Positions 21,158-31,850 are shown, numbered from the stretch's first letter. The stretch is 64,000 nucleotides of DNA from Candidatus Poribacteria bacterium (GCA_965215015.1 OZ244042.1:3712001-3776000); one strand, 5' to 3'. The notes: a model not told the origin generated them from the letters alone. A program made the numbers and translations.

Positions 21158-21945
21158 TGTAGGGCGCCCCCTTGTACCCTCCCCTCTGCGGGGGTATAGA
21201 GGGGGGCGTGAGTTTGTAGTAGTACAATTCATTACACGTCTTCCCCCCTGCTTGCGGGGGGGTTAGGGGAGGTACACCTACGCCCCTCCCCCTACTTGTC
21301 CTCGGTTACGGGAGTATAGAAGGGGCATAAGTTTGTAGTAGTGCAATTCATTGCACGTCTTCCCCCCTGCTTGCGGGGGGGTTAGGGGGGTACACCTGCA
21401 CCCCTCCCCCTACTTGTCCTCAGTTACGGGGGTATAGAAGGGGCGTAAGTTTGTAGTAGTGCAATTCATTGCACGTCTGCCCCCCCGCTTGCGGGGGGGT
21501 TAGGGGGGGTACACCATGCGTCCCTCCCCCTACTTGCGGAGGGTTAGGGGGGGTACACCTGCGCCCCTCCCCCTACTTGTCCTCGGTTACGGGGGTATAG
21601 AAGGGGCGTGAGTTTGTAGTAGTGCAATTCATTGCACGTCTGCCCCCCCGCTTGCGGGGGGGTTAGGGGGGGTACACCATGCGTCCCTCCCCTTCAAGAT
21701 ATTCGTCGAATCTATCTAAAATCTCTTGTTAGGGGGGGTACACCATGCGTCCCTCCCCCTACTTGCGGAGGGTTAGGGGGGGTACACCTGCGCCCCTCCC
21801 CCTACTTGTCCTCGGTTACGGGGGTATAGAAGGGGCGTGAGTTTGTAGTAGTGCAATTCATTGCACGTCTTCCCCCCTGCTTGCGGGGGGGGGGTAGGGG
21901 GGGTACACCTACGCCCCTCCCCCTACTTGCGGGGGACCGAGTGAG
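21158..21945. repeat. GC-rich mosaic tandem array of REP-like modules
   Basis: GTAGTAGTGCAATTCATTGCAC-type module at 21216, 21335, 21453, 21616 and 21845, interleaved with CCCCC..CTTGCGGGGGGGTTAGGGGGG modules. Confidence 0.92.
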
Positions 21946-22092
21946 GGGCTTAGGTTCTTAGGGAAGTTAGCTCAACGAGCCAGGAATTGACAGACACCCC
22001 ACCGCGTATTTGAGGAAGCGTTCTCCTAAGTTGCCTTGTAATGCGCCTAAGGGCGAAGAAAATGAGCCAATTACATACCACGTTCCGCGGCT

Positions 22093-22986
22093 TCAAGGCA
22101 AGTCCGGCAACCAAAGAAACGAGAGCACCTGGTTCAGGCGGGGTAATCGGCGGGATTGCTCAATGAGGGCTTGGTCCGATGGCGTCGAACACCAATAGGA
22201 CAACGGGACTTTCCGTCTACCCTCTTTGAACTCTTTTAATCTACTTTTGTCAAGAAGGCCTGCAACCGATTCGGGATGGAGAGATTTGTTTTTGGCAAGA
22301 TAGCAATCGCTGTTCTGACGAAAACGCTCGGAATACGCAAAATATTTAATCTGCCCTTGCTCAGACAGTACAACCGCACAAATATGCGGACTCAGGCGGG
22401 TGTAGCGAATCGCTGTGCTGGTCAAAGAGGTAGAATATTTGGAAGCGAGGGCATCAATCGCCGGTAAGCCGATTTTAGGCAGATCCGCAGCGTCCGCTCG
22501 GAAAATGGGAAATGGCATCAGCAGCTCAACTGCGAACTGATTGGCACGTTGCTCCTCCAATCGGTGCGAATCAAATCCACGCAAATCTTCGCGCTGACAG
22601 CGGTGCTGAGGGACAAATTCCACCACCTTGTTCGTTTCACTTGTGGCGGAAATTTGCCGCTCGGCTTGCCCTCCATCTAGGTAGTAATGCCCCAGCTCGT
22701 GAGCAATCGTAAAGTTCTTTCGAGCCTGGGACTGAATCAGGTTGTTGAGCAGGATGCCCCAAGTATCGCCGACCCGCATCAAGCAGCCATCATACTGGCT
22801 TTCCATCTCACGCTCCCAAACAACAATCCGCAGTTGTTCCGCAATTTCCCGCGGTTGGATCGGGATGCCCTGAACATTGAGCTCACGCAATAACTGGCGC
22901 GCACCCTCGGCGGGCTCCAGATCGAGCTTGGAGGACACCTGTCTTGAAATCTTATGTTTTTGGGAAGGTCTCTGATTCATAATCAA
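22093..22986 (-). CDS. ImmA/IrrE (M78) Zn-metallopeptidase
   Basis: RKNFTIAHELGHYYL (HExxH), EQRANQFAVELLMP and SLTSTAIR motifs. Confidence 0.92.
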   Translation of the reverse strand: MIMNQRPSQKHKISRQVSSKLDLEPAEGARQLLRELNVQGIPIQPREIAEQLRIVVWEREMESQYDGCLMRVGDTWGILLNNLIQSQARKNFTIAHELGHYYLDGGQAERQISATSETNKVVEFVPQHRCQREDLRGFDSHRLEEQRANQFAVELLMPFPIFRADAADLPKIGLPAIDALASKYSTSLTSTAIRYTRLSPHICAVVLSEQGQIKYFAYSERFRQNSDCYLAKNKSLHPESVAGLLDKSRLKEFKEGRRKVPLSYWCSTPSDQALIEQSRRLPRLNQVLSFLWLPDLP

Positions 22987-23009
22987 GCAGCAGATCCCTT
23001 GTAACTACG

Positions 23010-23354
23010 CTACTTCGCGTTTTTGTCGTTTTTGTCTCTAAGAAATTCGTAGAATTCAAGCAAGGCTTCCTTATCTTTCTCCGAAAGCTCCATGATGCCT
23101 CTAAACATAATACTAACTTTCGGATCCGCTAAAAGATCATTGTAGCCTTGCTCCTTTTTGCCGAGCAGGTAGTCCGTGGTGACTTTCAGCGCATCGGCGA
23201 GGCTCGAAAGTGTGTCAAACGCCGGTTTGCGGGTGCCAGACTCAAACTGCGAAATCGCCGCAGGGGTCAGTCTTGCCGCTTTGGCCAGTTGTGTTTGCGT
23301 CATTCCAAGCTTATCACGGCGTTTCTTAATACGTACTGAAACAGACATAATCAC
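23010..23354 (-). CDS. XRE-family HTH transcriptional regulator
   Basis: MTQTQLA...AISQFESGTRKP...LADALKVTTDYLLG, with an AGGAGG RBS. Confidence 0.95.
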   Translation of the reverse strand: MIMSVSVRIKKRRDKLGMTQTQLAKAARLTPAAISQFESGTRKPAFDTLSSLADALKVTTDYLLGKKEQGYNDLLADPKVSIMFRGIMELSEKDKEALLEFYEFLRDKNDKNAK

Positions 23355-23452
23355 ATACCTCCTTTTGGGTTAAGGTAAAAACTAAAAACAGTGTACAGTT
23401 CAATAATCGAAAAAAATAGGGCCTATTAAGCTGCCTAACGGTTGTGATTCAC

Positions 23453-23482
23453 ATTTTAACATATTACGCCAGCCTAATGCAA
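23453..23482 (-). promoter_or_regulatory. Putative sigma70 promoter for the XRE-IrrE pair
   Basis: Minus-strand TTGCAT-N18-TAAAAT with a TG extension. Confidence 0.45.
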
Positions 23483-23764
23483 GCTATAAAACAGAATTTA
23501 AGAGAAATTAATGAAAATTTGTACAAAACGGTAGCCCAGATCTGAACCAAAAGATAGGGCACTTAACAGGGGGAAAACCCCGTCTCTATAAGAAAATAGA
23601 TAGAAACCGACGCAAGAGGCGGGGATTGGAATGCCCTCCTACTACACAAACTACACAAAACAGATAGAACGTAGAGAAAAATTTAGTATTACGTTTTACG
23701 ATATTAATCTTAAAGAGTATCCTGTTATAACCCTCACTTTTGTAAATTAGATCCGTTTTGCGTC

Positions 23765-23793
23765 TTGACAAGATTCTACGACTGTGATAGAAT
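23765..23793 (+). promoter_or_regulatory. Sigma70 promoter of the giant-permease operon
   Basis: TTGACA-N17-TAGAAT with extended -10 TG, and a GGAGG RBS before ATG 23862. Confidence 0.75.
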
Positions 23794-23861
23794 CTGACAA
23801 ATTTAAACAAAATAGAACTATGTGCCGGTTAGCTTAATTAAAAAATTTCGGAGGGATCACC

Positions 23862-26800
23862 ATGATTATCAAGAGATATTATTACATCAGTTTATGGCTT
23901 TGTATCTTTGCCCTACTATCTCCGCATGTGGACGCCGCGGTTGAAGAGCAGCTGTCAGTTGGGCTTTCGGAGGTTGCGGTCAAAATCGTTGACAAAGTCG
24001 ATATCGGTCGAATGCGAAAAGACATCGCTCGACTCTCTAATCTTTCCACCCGTGTCACCGGCTACGATGAAGCCGCCTCAGGCAGCAAATACATCTTCGA
24101 TCAATTTGTCGATATTGGCTTACAAAACGTCGAGAGCCGCGAGTTTCCTGTTTCCGTGCCGATTGACCACGGTGATGGGAAGGTAGAAATTCTCTCCGAA
24201 GATAAAACGCTCCTCAAGACTTATCGAATCTGGTCCATTTGGCCCAACCTGGTTCGCACCTCCTTCCTCCCCAACGGTATCTCCCATCTGGTAGTCGCAG
24301 GTGAAAACCTTGATAGGATTGCCAAATCCTACCAAGTTGACCCACAAACCATTTTAGCTGACCCGCACAACCAATACCTTCGTGACCAAGCAACCGATGG
24401 CAGCGATAACGATGATGATGGTGAAGTCGACGAACCGGGCGAGTTGGTGCTGGTCGAAGGCAACTCACTCTTTATTCCCACCGGCGGATTGACCGCCCCC
24501 ATCTTTTATGGCGGAAGTGGCGAGCTCGCCTCGTTCAACGGTAAAGATATCGGAGGCTTCTGGCACAAAGTTCAGCCTAACGATACGCTAGAAGACCTCG
24601 CCCATCAATTTCGCATCGGCGTCGGTAGTATCACCGACGACGTGCTTAACGGGCACCTCCAAAAAACGCAAGATGGTATCGACAACAACGAAGACGGACA
24701 GATTGACGAATACGGTGAGATTCCCCCACTCACTGAAATCTTACAGTGGGATACCGACGGTATTGACAACGATGGGGATGAGTTCGTAGACGAACAGCCC
24801 GGCGATGCAACTGACGGCATCGATAACAACAACAACGGACAAATTGACGAAGAAGGTGAATTTGTCGCCGCCTCTGAATCCAGCATCTTTATTCCCCAAG
24901 GCAGCGTTGCCCTTATTGACTTCAACTCTAGCACCAAATGGATTAACGCCGCAATGCTTGGTGCAAAAGCCGTGCTCTTCATCGAGCCAGAGACCACTAT
25001 CCGCGGCGAGGCTGAAAACAAATTTCTGACGGTCCCCGCCAACATCCCTCGATTCTGGATTGCTAAGAAAGATGCCGACGAACTCTTGGCTATGCTCGGT
25101 GAAGGAGAAACGGGTGCACAATCACCAATAACAGAAACTGACTCGCAACCGTCCGGGTTGATTGAGCCAGGAGGGGTGGAGCGCAGCCCTAGGTATCCGA
25201 AACTTTATGCGCGTCTTACCAGTACCATCACTTGGGAACAGCGGATGGGGCAGAACATTCGGGGCTTCCTTGAGGGGGGCGACCCAACCCTGAAAGACGA
25301 ATTGGTCGTTATCACCGGCTATTACGACTCAATGTCTGTCGTTCCCGCAATGGCACCGGGAGCCGACCCCACCGGCGGCATCGCCACGTTGTTGGAACTT
25401 GCCCGCATCTTTAGCGACGAGGAATTTCGGCCGGGCCGCTCTCTCCTTTTTGTAGCGACAGATGCCCACTTCCAAGGGCTCGGCGGGATGCGAGCATTTA
25501 TGGAAGGGATTGGTCAAGATATCGTCGGCCGCGAAGCGGATTCTCCCGGCACACCGACGATGCGCGGGCTGCGGCGCGGTTTAAGCACCGACCTCTTTGA
25601 GTTTGAGGAATTAGGACGCAAGCTATTGCTGTCAATCGATCGGAATGTGCTGGTAGACCTGCCCCCTAACTTCTTCCATGATGTCCACGAACTCAAAGCA
25701 GATGTTGATTCCCTAGCAACAACCCTCGCTGATTTGGCGACGACAAAGGGCAAGATTAACAGCTTGCGTAACGCCCAACGTGAGGCAAAAGAGAAGGAAA
25801 AGAAGAAACTTGAAACAACCAAGAAGCGAGAGAAACAAGGATTTACCGAAGAGGAAAAATCTCGGCTAGAAGTTAATCTAGCAAAGTTCAAGAAGGATGC
25901 ACTGCAGACCACCCAATTCATTCGTTCAATGTTTCATCGTACCCTTAAATTGCGTACCCAAGCATTGGACGAGTGCCGTCAAACCCAGCGCGAACTGATT
26001 GAACAGGTTGCCTTACCCATGGCTCGGTTGGATGTCTGGGCAATTGAAAAACTCATCGCAGATCTGGCAGCGAAACGAATTAAAGGGAAATATGCCCAAA
26101 CGCCAGACAGCAGCTATCTCGTGCCGAAGGAAGGGGAGGACGGACAGTATTACTTGCCCGCACCAAACGACCTATCATCGTATTTAGAGGCAGATGTTCA
26201 GCGGCTGTCCGAAGCATTGCAGGACTGGGAATTTGAAGATCCACGGAAATTCACCCTCCAGTATGCCCAAGAGAAGTTGTTAGACCGTCATCTCGACTTT
26301 AAGGGGTTGGAACGAATTAAGTCCGCCCGGAGGGTTGTGAACCGCGCTGAAAAATCTCTAGAAGCCTACATAATCGAGGAACGACAAATCCTTGAACGGA
26401 CGCTCGCAAACATTCCCGCTGGCAGCGACGCGGCGGATAGCATCAAAAACGCTATCACCCAGTTAGGCGCTAAACCCGACCATATCCCCAGCGGCTTTGT
26501 TGATGAGCTAAAACTCTTCCTCAACGCAGCGACCCTCAAGCAGTTCGAGATTGTCCAGAACCAACTCCATCAGAAGTTAGAGATGATGGACCCAACAACG
26601 GGAACAACAACCTCACGAGAGTTGGATCAAATTCTAATTGACGACCTGACCAGAGATAAACAGAGCATTCTCGAAACCGCGATGCGTAACGCTCGCCTCG
26701 AACGCTATCGGATTGAATCCCTCCTCGCACGCCATGGGTCGTTGAACCGATCCTACCTCGCCGAAGAAGAACTCGTCCTCCGGCACTATCTCCCTGAAGA

Positions 26801-29800
26801 TGCAGCAGACCGGGCGATGGACGTCCGAGAGCAAATCTTCGGTCAGCTGGAAGAACAACAGCTACTCGAGATAGTGAAGAAGCGAGCCAAGAACGATATC
26901 GTCGAACTCCAGAATCTTCTCAACGTTCTTGACCGCCTCGATCGGGACCCGGACGAGGAGACCAAAATCCTCCTGCGTGATAACCTGCTGACGATGCGAA
27001 ACGCTCGATTCCGTAATCTACAGAAACGGGTGGAAAAAATCGCACGCATCAGCGAAGCCGAATACACACGGAAGATACGCTCCATTGAACAAGCGATTGC
27101 ACTCCAAGACATCTTTAACCGTTACTACACCTCTCTCTTTATTTCTATTGACCTCTCCAGCCAGAACGACCAATTTGGCGTATTCAACAAAGGTTGGTTC
27201 TACGACCAACAACCCGAATTCGTCCTCCGCCGCGAGTTTGCTTCTATCGGAAATAAACTTGCCGAATACGCGCAGGGCGCCGATTTCGGCGAGCGTATCC
27301 AGAAACTCTGGACCTTCACCGACGACCAGATCCGCCAAGCGGTGATGAACACCCAGTGGACAGTCGCAGCCGGCATCGATCCGAAAAAAGCCATCGAAGG
27401 CAAGAGCCTAGAAAGCTTAGTCACCGAACATTATGCAACGTTGGTCGGGCTATCCGGGGTCTCTCGATTGATGAAGATGCAATTTGAACAGATGAAAAGC
27501 CAAGGCGAACCGTCCGAGGACATGCTCAAGGATATGGACTATATCCGCAAGGAGGTCGAGCGATTCATCCGAAACGATATCCGAGAGGCACGGAAGAACC
27601 GCAAGAATAAAGTGCGCCTGCTCAATCGACTAGATGCCATGCTTGCCCTGCGCTATGAAGACCCGTCCGAATTCACCCAAGAAGAAGTCGATGATATCAA
27701 GGCACTCATTAATATTGCCGGTTTCGGCGGTGAAACCAACTTCGTCAACGCAATCTCCGCCAGTGGCGGTAAGATCTGGAAGACTTACATCCCCGGCAAG
27801 ATTGCCTTCGATAGCGAAGTTGCCACCCTCACCGGGTTTACCGGAATCGCTTTTGCCACCATAGACGATGCGCGCGTGCTGACCGATACCCCGCTCGATA
27901 CTATTGACCGGATGGACTTGACCAAAGATGGTGCCTTGCATAAACAAGCGAAGACCCTTGCCGCTGTTCTCATCCAAGCAATGCGCGACCCGAAGATGCC
28001 CACCGCAGCGCGGGTCGGGAATTTCTACTGCAACCTATTTGGTGATGTCGTCGAGTATGACGCCCGCGAGAGCGCACTCCCAAACAAGCCAGTCGAGTAC
28101 CCCATCCTCGCCTTGCGGAGTCGGCACAAAACTATGATGGGAGTACGCGGCGACCTCATCGCAATGGGAGACAATAAAGGGAACTTTGAGGTCGCAGGGC
28201 TTGCGATGGAGGGACGCGCAACCATCCGTCTCAAAGGAACGCAGGAGGTGGAAGCATACATCCTCCACCCCGATTCGGGCGATATTGTCTACGCACCGGA
28301 TCTCGGCAATTTCGGCGCAAAACTTTTACCGAACCTGATACCGATCAACACCCACCGTCGTGGATGCCGGATTGTGGTTTTCCCCTGCGTGTCCACCACC
28401 ATTTACGATCTTGTAGATCAGCGATACCTACGGACCCTTCGTGAGCTGGAAGTTTTTGATGCCGCAAGCGATAGCCCACCCGAAAAGTATGGCGTGTCGA
28501 AGCCGTGGCAGCAGGAAGGCATCTCGGCGACCGAACCCATTGCGCTCGTCTATTCTGAACCCAACAGCCGTATCAAGGTGGGGATGGCGTATGGACAGAT
28601 TGGCAAACGGTTGCTGCTGATTAAAGCCAGCAAAAGTGGAACGAAGAACCCCACACTCTATACCGGAGAAGGGTTTGTCGTCCGTGAAAACGGGAGCATT
28701 CGGGTAACCCCATATGTTGTCGTCCGCGATATGTGGTGGCTCGATGAAAACCGAGCCAGTTTGTATAAACGGTTCGGCATCAGCAGCGACCGACTCGATC
28801 AACTTCACCAATTTGCCAATGAACATCTGAATCAGGCGGAGGCCGCCCTCATTCAAAGAGACTATCAGCAAGCACTCAAGCTCGCCCGCGCCGCCTGGGG
28901 ATACGAATCTCGCGCATATCCCGATGTCAAGAAAACAGGCAATGACGTCGTCAACGGCGTGATGTTTTATCTCGCGCTCCTGATCCCGTTCGCTTACTTC
29001 ATGGAGCGACTGCTGTTCGCCTTCCCAACCGTCCAAAAGCAGATTATCGGAACAGCCGCGATTTTCCTCGTCGTATTTTTCTTCTTGGCGCAGGTGCACC
29101 CCGCATTTCAGATTACCACAACGCCGGTTATCATCCTGATTGCATTCATCGTCCTCGCATTGACAGCAATCGTAATCAGTATCATCGTCCGGAAGTTTGA
29201 AGAACAGATAGAAAAAATTAAGCAGGAAGGCTCGCAGGTGTACAAAGCGGATGTGGGACGACTGTCTGCCTCCGCTGCCGCTTTTAGTCTCGGTATTTCC
29301 AATATGCGTAAGCGGAAGGGGCGCACCATCCTCACCTGTAGCACGCTGGTCATTCTCACATTTACGGTCATCTCCTTTACATCGGTGCGGACCTTTATGC
29401 ACCCCAACAGCACCAACCTACCGTCTGTAACCCCCCGATACACCGGGATGCTCATCCGAGATCAGTATTGGAACCCTCTTGAGGAACCCGTTGTCAACTC
29501 CCTTACAAACGATTTGCGGAAAACACAAATCCCTGAAAAGGATTTACGGCTACTGTTGAAGAAGCGGCGGGGACAGCAGGGTACGCCTACCAATCAGATT
29601 GACGAGGACGTTGATGCAATGTTAGACCAACTACGGCAGCAGGGGGCATTAATTGAACTCGGTGAAGAATCTGTATTGCGAGTGCACAACATCGTCGCAC
29701 CACGAGCGTGGTATCAGTCCGCAGGTACAGGGGATCAGTCATTTGTACAGCTAGAACGCACCGCCAACCCACGAGATCCCGTACCGCCTGTCAATACCGC

Positions 29801-31337
29801 CACCGGTCAGCCAAAGACCTACTCCGCTACCATGCTGGTCGGGATGAGTCAAGATGAACCCGGTGTCACCGGGATTGACCGCTACCTCCAATACGGGCGA
29901 TGGTATCACCCCGACGATGAAGCGGAGTGGCCCACACAATGGCCCTACGCTTGCGTGTTGCCCAAAGGCATGGCGGATCTGCTCGGTATCACCGAAGCCG
30001 ATATGGGCAAAGCGACCGTCTCCGTATACGGCGCGGATTTCACCGTAACCGGTGTCCTCGGTATCGGCTTCAAAGACCTACAGGATAACGATGGCGAAGA
30101 ACTAACACCCGTTGATTACCAACTGATGCAGCAGCAGGAAGCGCGCGGCGGCGGCGCACAGGGACAGAACCAAGCCATGGAGGGAGAGCTGGAAAAATAT
30201 ATCCATCTCCCGCCTGACGCTGTAGCTATCCTGCCGTACGATGTGGTGATGAATCAGGGCGGAACCTTACGCTCGGTCGCTGTCAACATGGAAGCACAAC
30301 CCGGCGATCCGAAAATTTTCAGTGCAGCAGATAAACTTGATCTGATTATGGCACCCCTGATGAACCGAATCGCACTCGACTTCTTTGTTGGAAAAGATCG
30401 GGATACCTATCTATACAGTTCAATCGGAATGACCTCTTTCTCCGGGATGGGCAACCTGTTCATACCAATCTTAATTGCGTCGCTGATTGTTCTGAACACA
30501 ATGCTCGGTGCGGTCTATGAACGTGTCCGTGAAATCAGCATCTACAGCTCCGTCGGACTTGCCCCTGTGCATATCGCTTTTCTGTTCCTCGCAGAGGCGT
30601 GTGTGTACGCAATTGTCGGTGCAGTGCTCGGCTACCTGCTTGGTCAGGCTGTCGCAACCATCCTCGTCAATTTCGGATTACTCGCCGGACTGACCCTTAA
30701 CTACTCGTCAATGTCAACAGTGGTAGCAACCATTATTGTGATGATTGTTGTGGTTGGGAGCACGCTGTATCCTGCAATTAAAGCCAGTCGCATGGCGGTG
30801 CCCGACATTGAACGGAAATGGCAGCTGCCGGAACCTGAAGGCGATGAGTGGCACTTCGATCTTCCCTTTACAGTGTTGGCAGAAGAATCGCTCGGCTTGA
30901 ATATCTTTATGCGCGATTACTTTGAGGCGCACGCCGACGAATCCGCAAGCGACTTTTATACGGATCAGGTCGCCTTCGGTCGAACATCTGTGGAAGTTGA
31001 AGGAACGGAAGACGAAGCCTACAACATCAGCATGATGGTCTGGCTCGCACCCTACGACCTCGGGGTCAGCCAATCCATTCGGCTTGTCACCTCACCGGTC
31101 GGCGGTGAAGAGGAAGAGCTGTATAAAATCCACCTCGATGTCCATCGTGAGAGCGGGGAGATTGCTTCATGGAAGCGTGTCAACCGCCGTTTCTTGAACC
31201 TGGTCCGAAAACAGTTGCTAATCTGGCGGACCTTCAGTGCCGATGTCCGTGGTGAATTCCATGAGCGTGGACGGCAAGAGAGCGAGACGGAAACGACCCC
31301 GGGCGTAGGCAATCTGGTCGCCCAACCGGCAGATTAA
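23862..31337 (+). CDS. Giant (2491 aa) M28-peptidase-like/LysM/FtsX-type ABC permease fusion
   Basis: Signal peptide; M28-like RVTGY and ITGYYDS...PGADPTGGIATLLELAR; two LysM-like segments; four DGxDN..DG..DE repeats; long helical inserts; TM blocks; FtsX motifs ISNMRKRKGRTILT and VYERVREISIYSSVGL. Confidence 0.85.
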   Translation: MIIKRYYYISLWLCIFALLSPHVDAAVEEQLSVGLSEVAVKIVDKVDIGRMRKDIARLSNLSTRVTGYDEAASGSKYIFDQFVDIGLQNVESREFPVSVPIDHGDGKVEILSEDKTLLKTYRIWSIWPNLVRTSFLPNGISHLVVAGENLDRIAKSYQVDPQTILADPHNQYLRDQATDGSDNDDDGEVDEPGELVLVEGNSLFIPTGGLTAPIFYGGSGELASFNGKDIGGFWHKVQPNDTLEDLAHQFRIGVGSITDDVLNGHLQKTQDGIDNNEDGQIDEYGEIPPLTEILQWDTDGIDNDGDEFVDEQPGDATDGIDNNNNGQIDEEGEFVAASESSIFIPQGSVALIDFNSSTKWINAAMLGAKAVLFIEPETTIRGEAENKFLTVPANIPRFWIAKKDADELLAMLGEGETGAQSPITETDSQPSGLIEPGGVERSPRYPKLYARLTSTITWEQRMGQNIRGFLEGGDPTLKDELVVITGYYDSMSVVPAMAPGADPTGGIATLLELARIFSDEEFRPGRSLLFVATDAHFQGLGGMRAFMEGIGQDIVGREADSPGTPTMRGLRRGLSTDLFEFEELGRKLLLSIDRNVLVDLPPNFFHDVHELKADVDSLATTLADLATTKGKINSLRNAQREAKEKEKKKLETTKKREKQGFTEEEKSRLEVNLAKFKKDALQTTQFIRSMFHRTLKLRTQALDECRQTQRELIEQVALPMARLDVWAIEKLIADLAAKRIKGKYAQTPDSSYLVPKEGEDGQYYLPAPNDLSSYLEADVQRLSEALQDWEFEDPRKFTLQYAQEKLLDRHLDFKGLERIKSARRVVNRAEKSLEAYIIEERQILERTLANIPAGSDAADSIKNAITQLGAKPDHIPSGFVDELKLFLNAATLKQFEIVQNQLHQKLEMMDPTTGTTTSRELDQILIDDLTRDKQSILETAMRNARLERYRIESLLARHGSLNRSYLAEEELVLRHYLPEDAADRAMDVREQIFGQLEEQQLLEIVKKRAKNDIVELQNLLNVLDRLDRDPDEETKILLRDNLLTMRNARFRNLQKRVEKIARISEAEYTRKIRSIEQAIALQDIFNRYYTSLFISIDLSSQNDQFGVFNKGWFYDQQPEFVLRREFASIGNKLAEYAQGADFGERIQKLWTFTDDQIRQAVMNTQWTVAAGIDPKKAIEGKSLESLVTEHYATLVGLSGVSRLMKMQFEQMKSQGEPSEDMLKDMDYIRKEVERFIRNDIREARKNRKNKVRLLNRLDAMLALRYEDPSEFTQEEVDDIKALINIAGFGGETNFVNAISASGGKIWKTYIPGKIAFDSEVATLTGFTGIAFATIDDARVLTDTPLDTIDRMDLTKDGALHKQAKTLAAVLIQAMRDPKMPTAARVGNFYCNLFGDVVEYDARESALPNKPVEYPILALRSRHKTMMGVRGDLIAMGDNKGNFEVAGLAMEGRATIRLKGTQEVEAYILHPDSGDIVYAPDLGNFGAKLLPNLIPINTHRRGCRIVVFPCVSTTIYDLVDQRYLRTLRELEVFDAASDSPPEKYGVSKPWQQEGISATEPIALVYSEPNSRIKVGMAYGQIGKRLLLIKASKSGTKNPTLYTGEGFVVRENGSIRVTPYVVVRDMWWLDENRASLYKRFGISSDRLDQLHQFANEHLNQAEAALIQRDYQQALKLARAAWGYESRAYPDVKKTGNDVVNGVMFYLALLIPFAYFMERLLFAFPTVQKQIIGTAAIFLVVFFFLAQVHPAFQITTTPVIILIAFIVLALTAIVISIIVRKFEEQIEKIKQEGSQVYKADVGRLSASAAAFSLGISNMRKRKGRTILTCSTLVILTFTVISFTSVRTFMHPNSTNLPSVTPRYTGMLIRDQYWNPLEEPVVNSLTNDLRKTQIPEKDLRLLLKKRRGQQGTPTNQIDEDVDAMLDQLRQQGALIELGEESVLRVHNIVAPRAWYQSAGTGDQSFVQLERTANPRDPVPPVNTATGQPKTYSATMLVGMSQDEPGVTGIDRYLQYGRWYHPDDEAEWPTQWPYACVLPKGMADLLGITEADMGKATVSVYGADFTVTGVLGIGFKDLQDNDGEELTPVDYQLMQQQEARGGGAQGQNQAMEGELEKYIHLPPDAVAILPYDVVMNQGGTLRSVAVNMEAQPGDPKIFSAADKLDLIMAPLMNRIALDFFVGKDRDTYLYSSIGMTSFSGMGNLFIPILIASLIVLNTMLGAVYERVREISIYSSVGLAPVHIAFLFLAEACVYAIVGAVLGYLLGQAVATILVNFGLLAGLTLNYSSMSTVVATIIVMIVVVGSTLYPAIKASRMAVPDIERKWQLPEPEGDEWHFDLPFTVLAEESLGLNIFMRDYFEAHADESASDFYTDQVAFGRTSVEVEGTEDEAYNISMMVWLAPYDLGVSQSIRLVTSPVGGEEEELYKIHLDVHRESGEIASWKRVNRRFLNLVRKQLLIWRTFSADVRGEFHERGRQESETETTPGVGNLVAQPAD

Positions 31338-31554
31338 AGCGTGATGCGTTAGAAGTACATTGCGCATTGCGCTCCTCCGGAGCGAATCGGCTGGTGTTAT
31401 GCCATTGATCTGTGGGTGGGGTAAGGACACCCGAACCACGAGGCCCATAAAAAAATGCAAAACCCTCTTTTTACATAAGCCAACTCAAAAAGCATTCCTT
31501 TCCTCTAATCACGCATTACCTTTAACGTATCACGCAAAGGAAACAACAAAATCA

Positions 31555-31722
31555 ATGGAAAAATTAGCGTATATCCTAATCTTTATCGGTTCAATCTTTT
31601 GGGTATTTTCGATCTTCTTTATGGGAGCCCGATGGCAGCCACAGCTGCTCGCTGCCACAATCCTAATTGTTGGAATTATTATCGCCCACGTTTGGGAAGA
31701 GCTTTTCCGAGAAAAAAAATGA
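31555..31722 (+). CDS. Small two-TM membrane protein (55 aa)
   Basis: MEKLAYILIFIGSIFWVFS...EELFREKK, with AAGGA upstream, inside the operon. Confidence 0.6.
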   Translation: MEKLAYILIFIGSIFWVFSIFFMGARWQPQLLAATILIVGIIIAHVWEELFREKK

Positions 31723-31850
31723 CCGATGGACACAGTGAAACAACGCACGATTGAGCTCATTTATTCATAGGTGCAAAAGTTCATTAACGAACCAATCAAC
31801 CAATGAGCTAACTTACGTTTCACGTTTCGTGTCCTGAAAGGAGCATAAAT

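Noticed and set aside
21158-21945. CRISPR array or coding ORF (21632-21829)
   Set aside because: The intervening sequences are themselves repeats, the spacing is irregular, and the ORF is a translation of repeat modules.
28428-29402. 324-aa minus-strand ORF
   Set aside because: It is an antisense shadow of the giant permease with no recognisable motifs. The same applies to most short overlapping ORFs in the track.
31360-31722. RiPP precursor peptide for the PqqD protein
   Set aside because: The plausible product is a hydrophobic two-TM protein without leader/core features, and no modifying enzyme is nearby.
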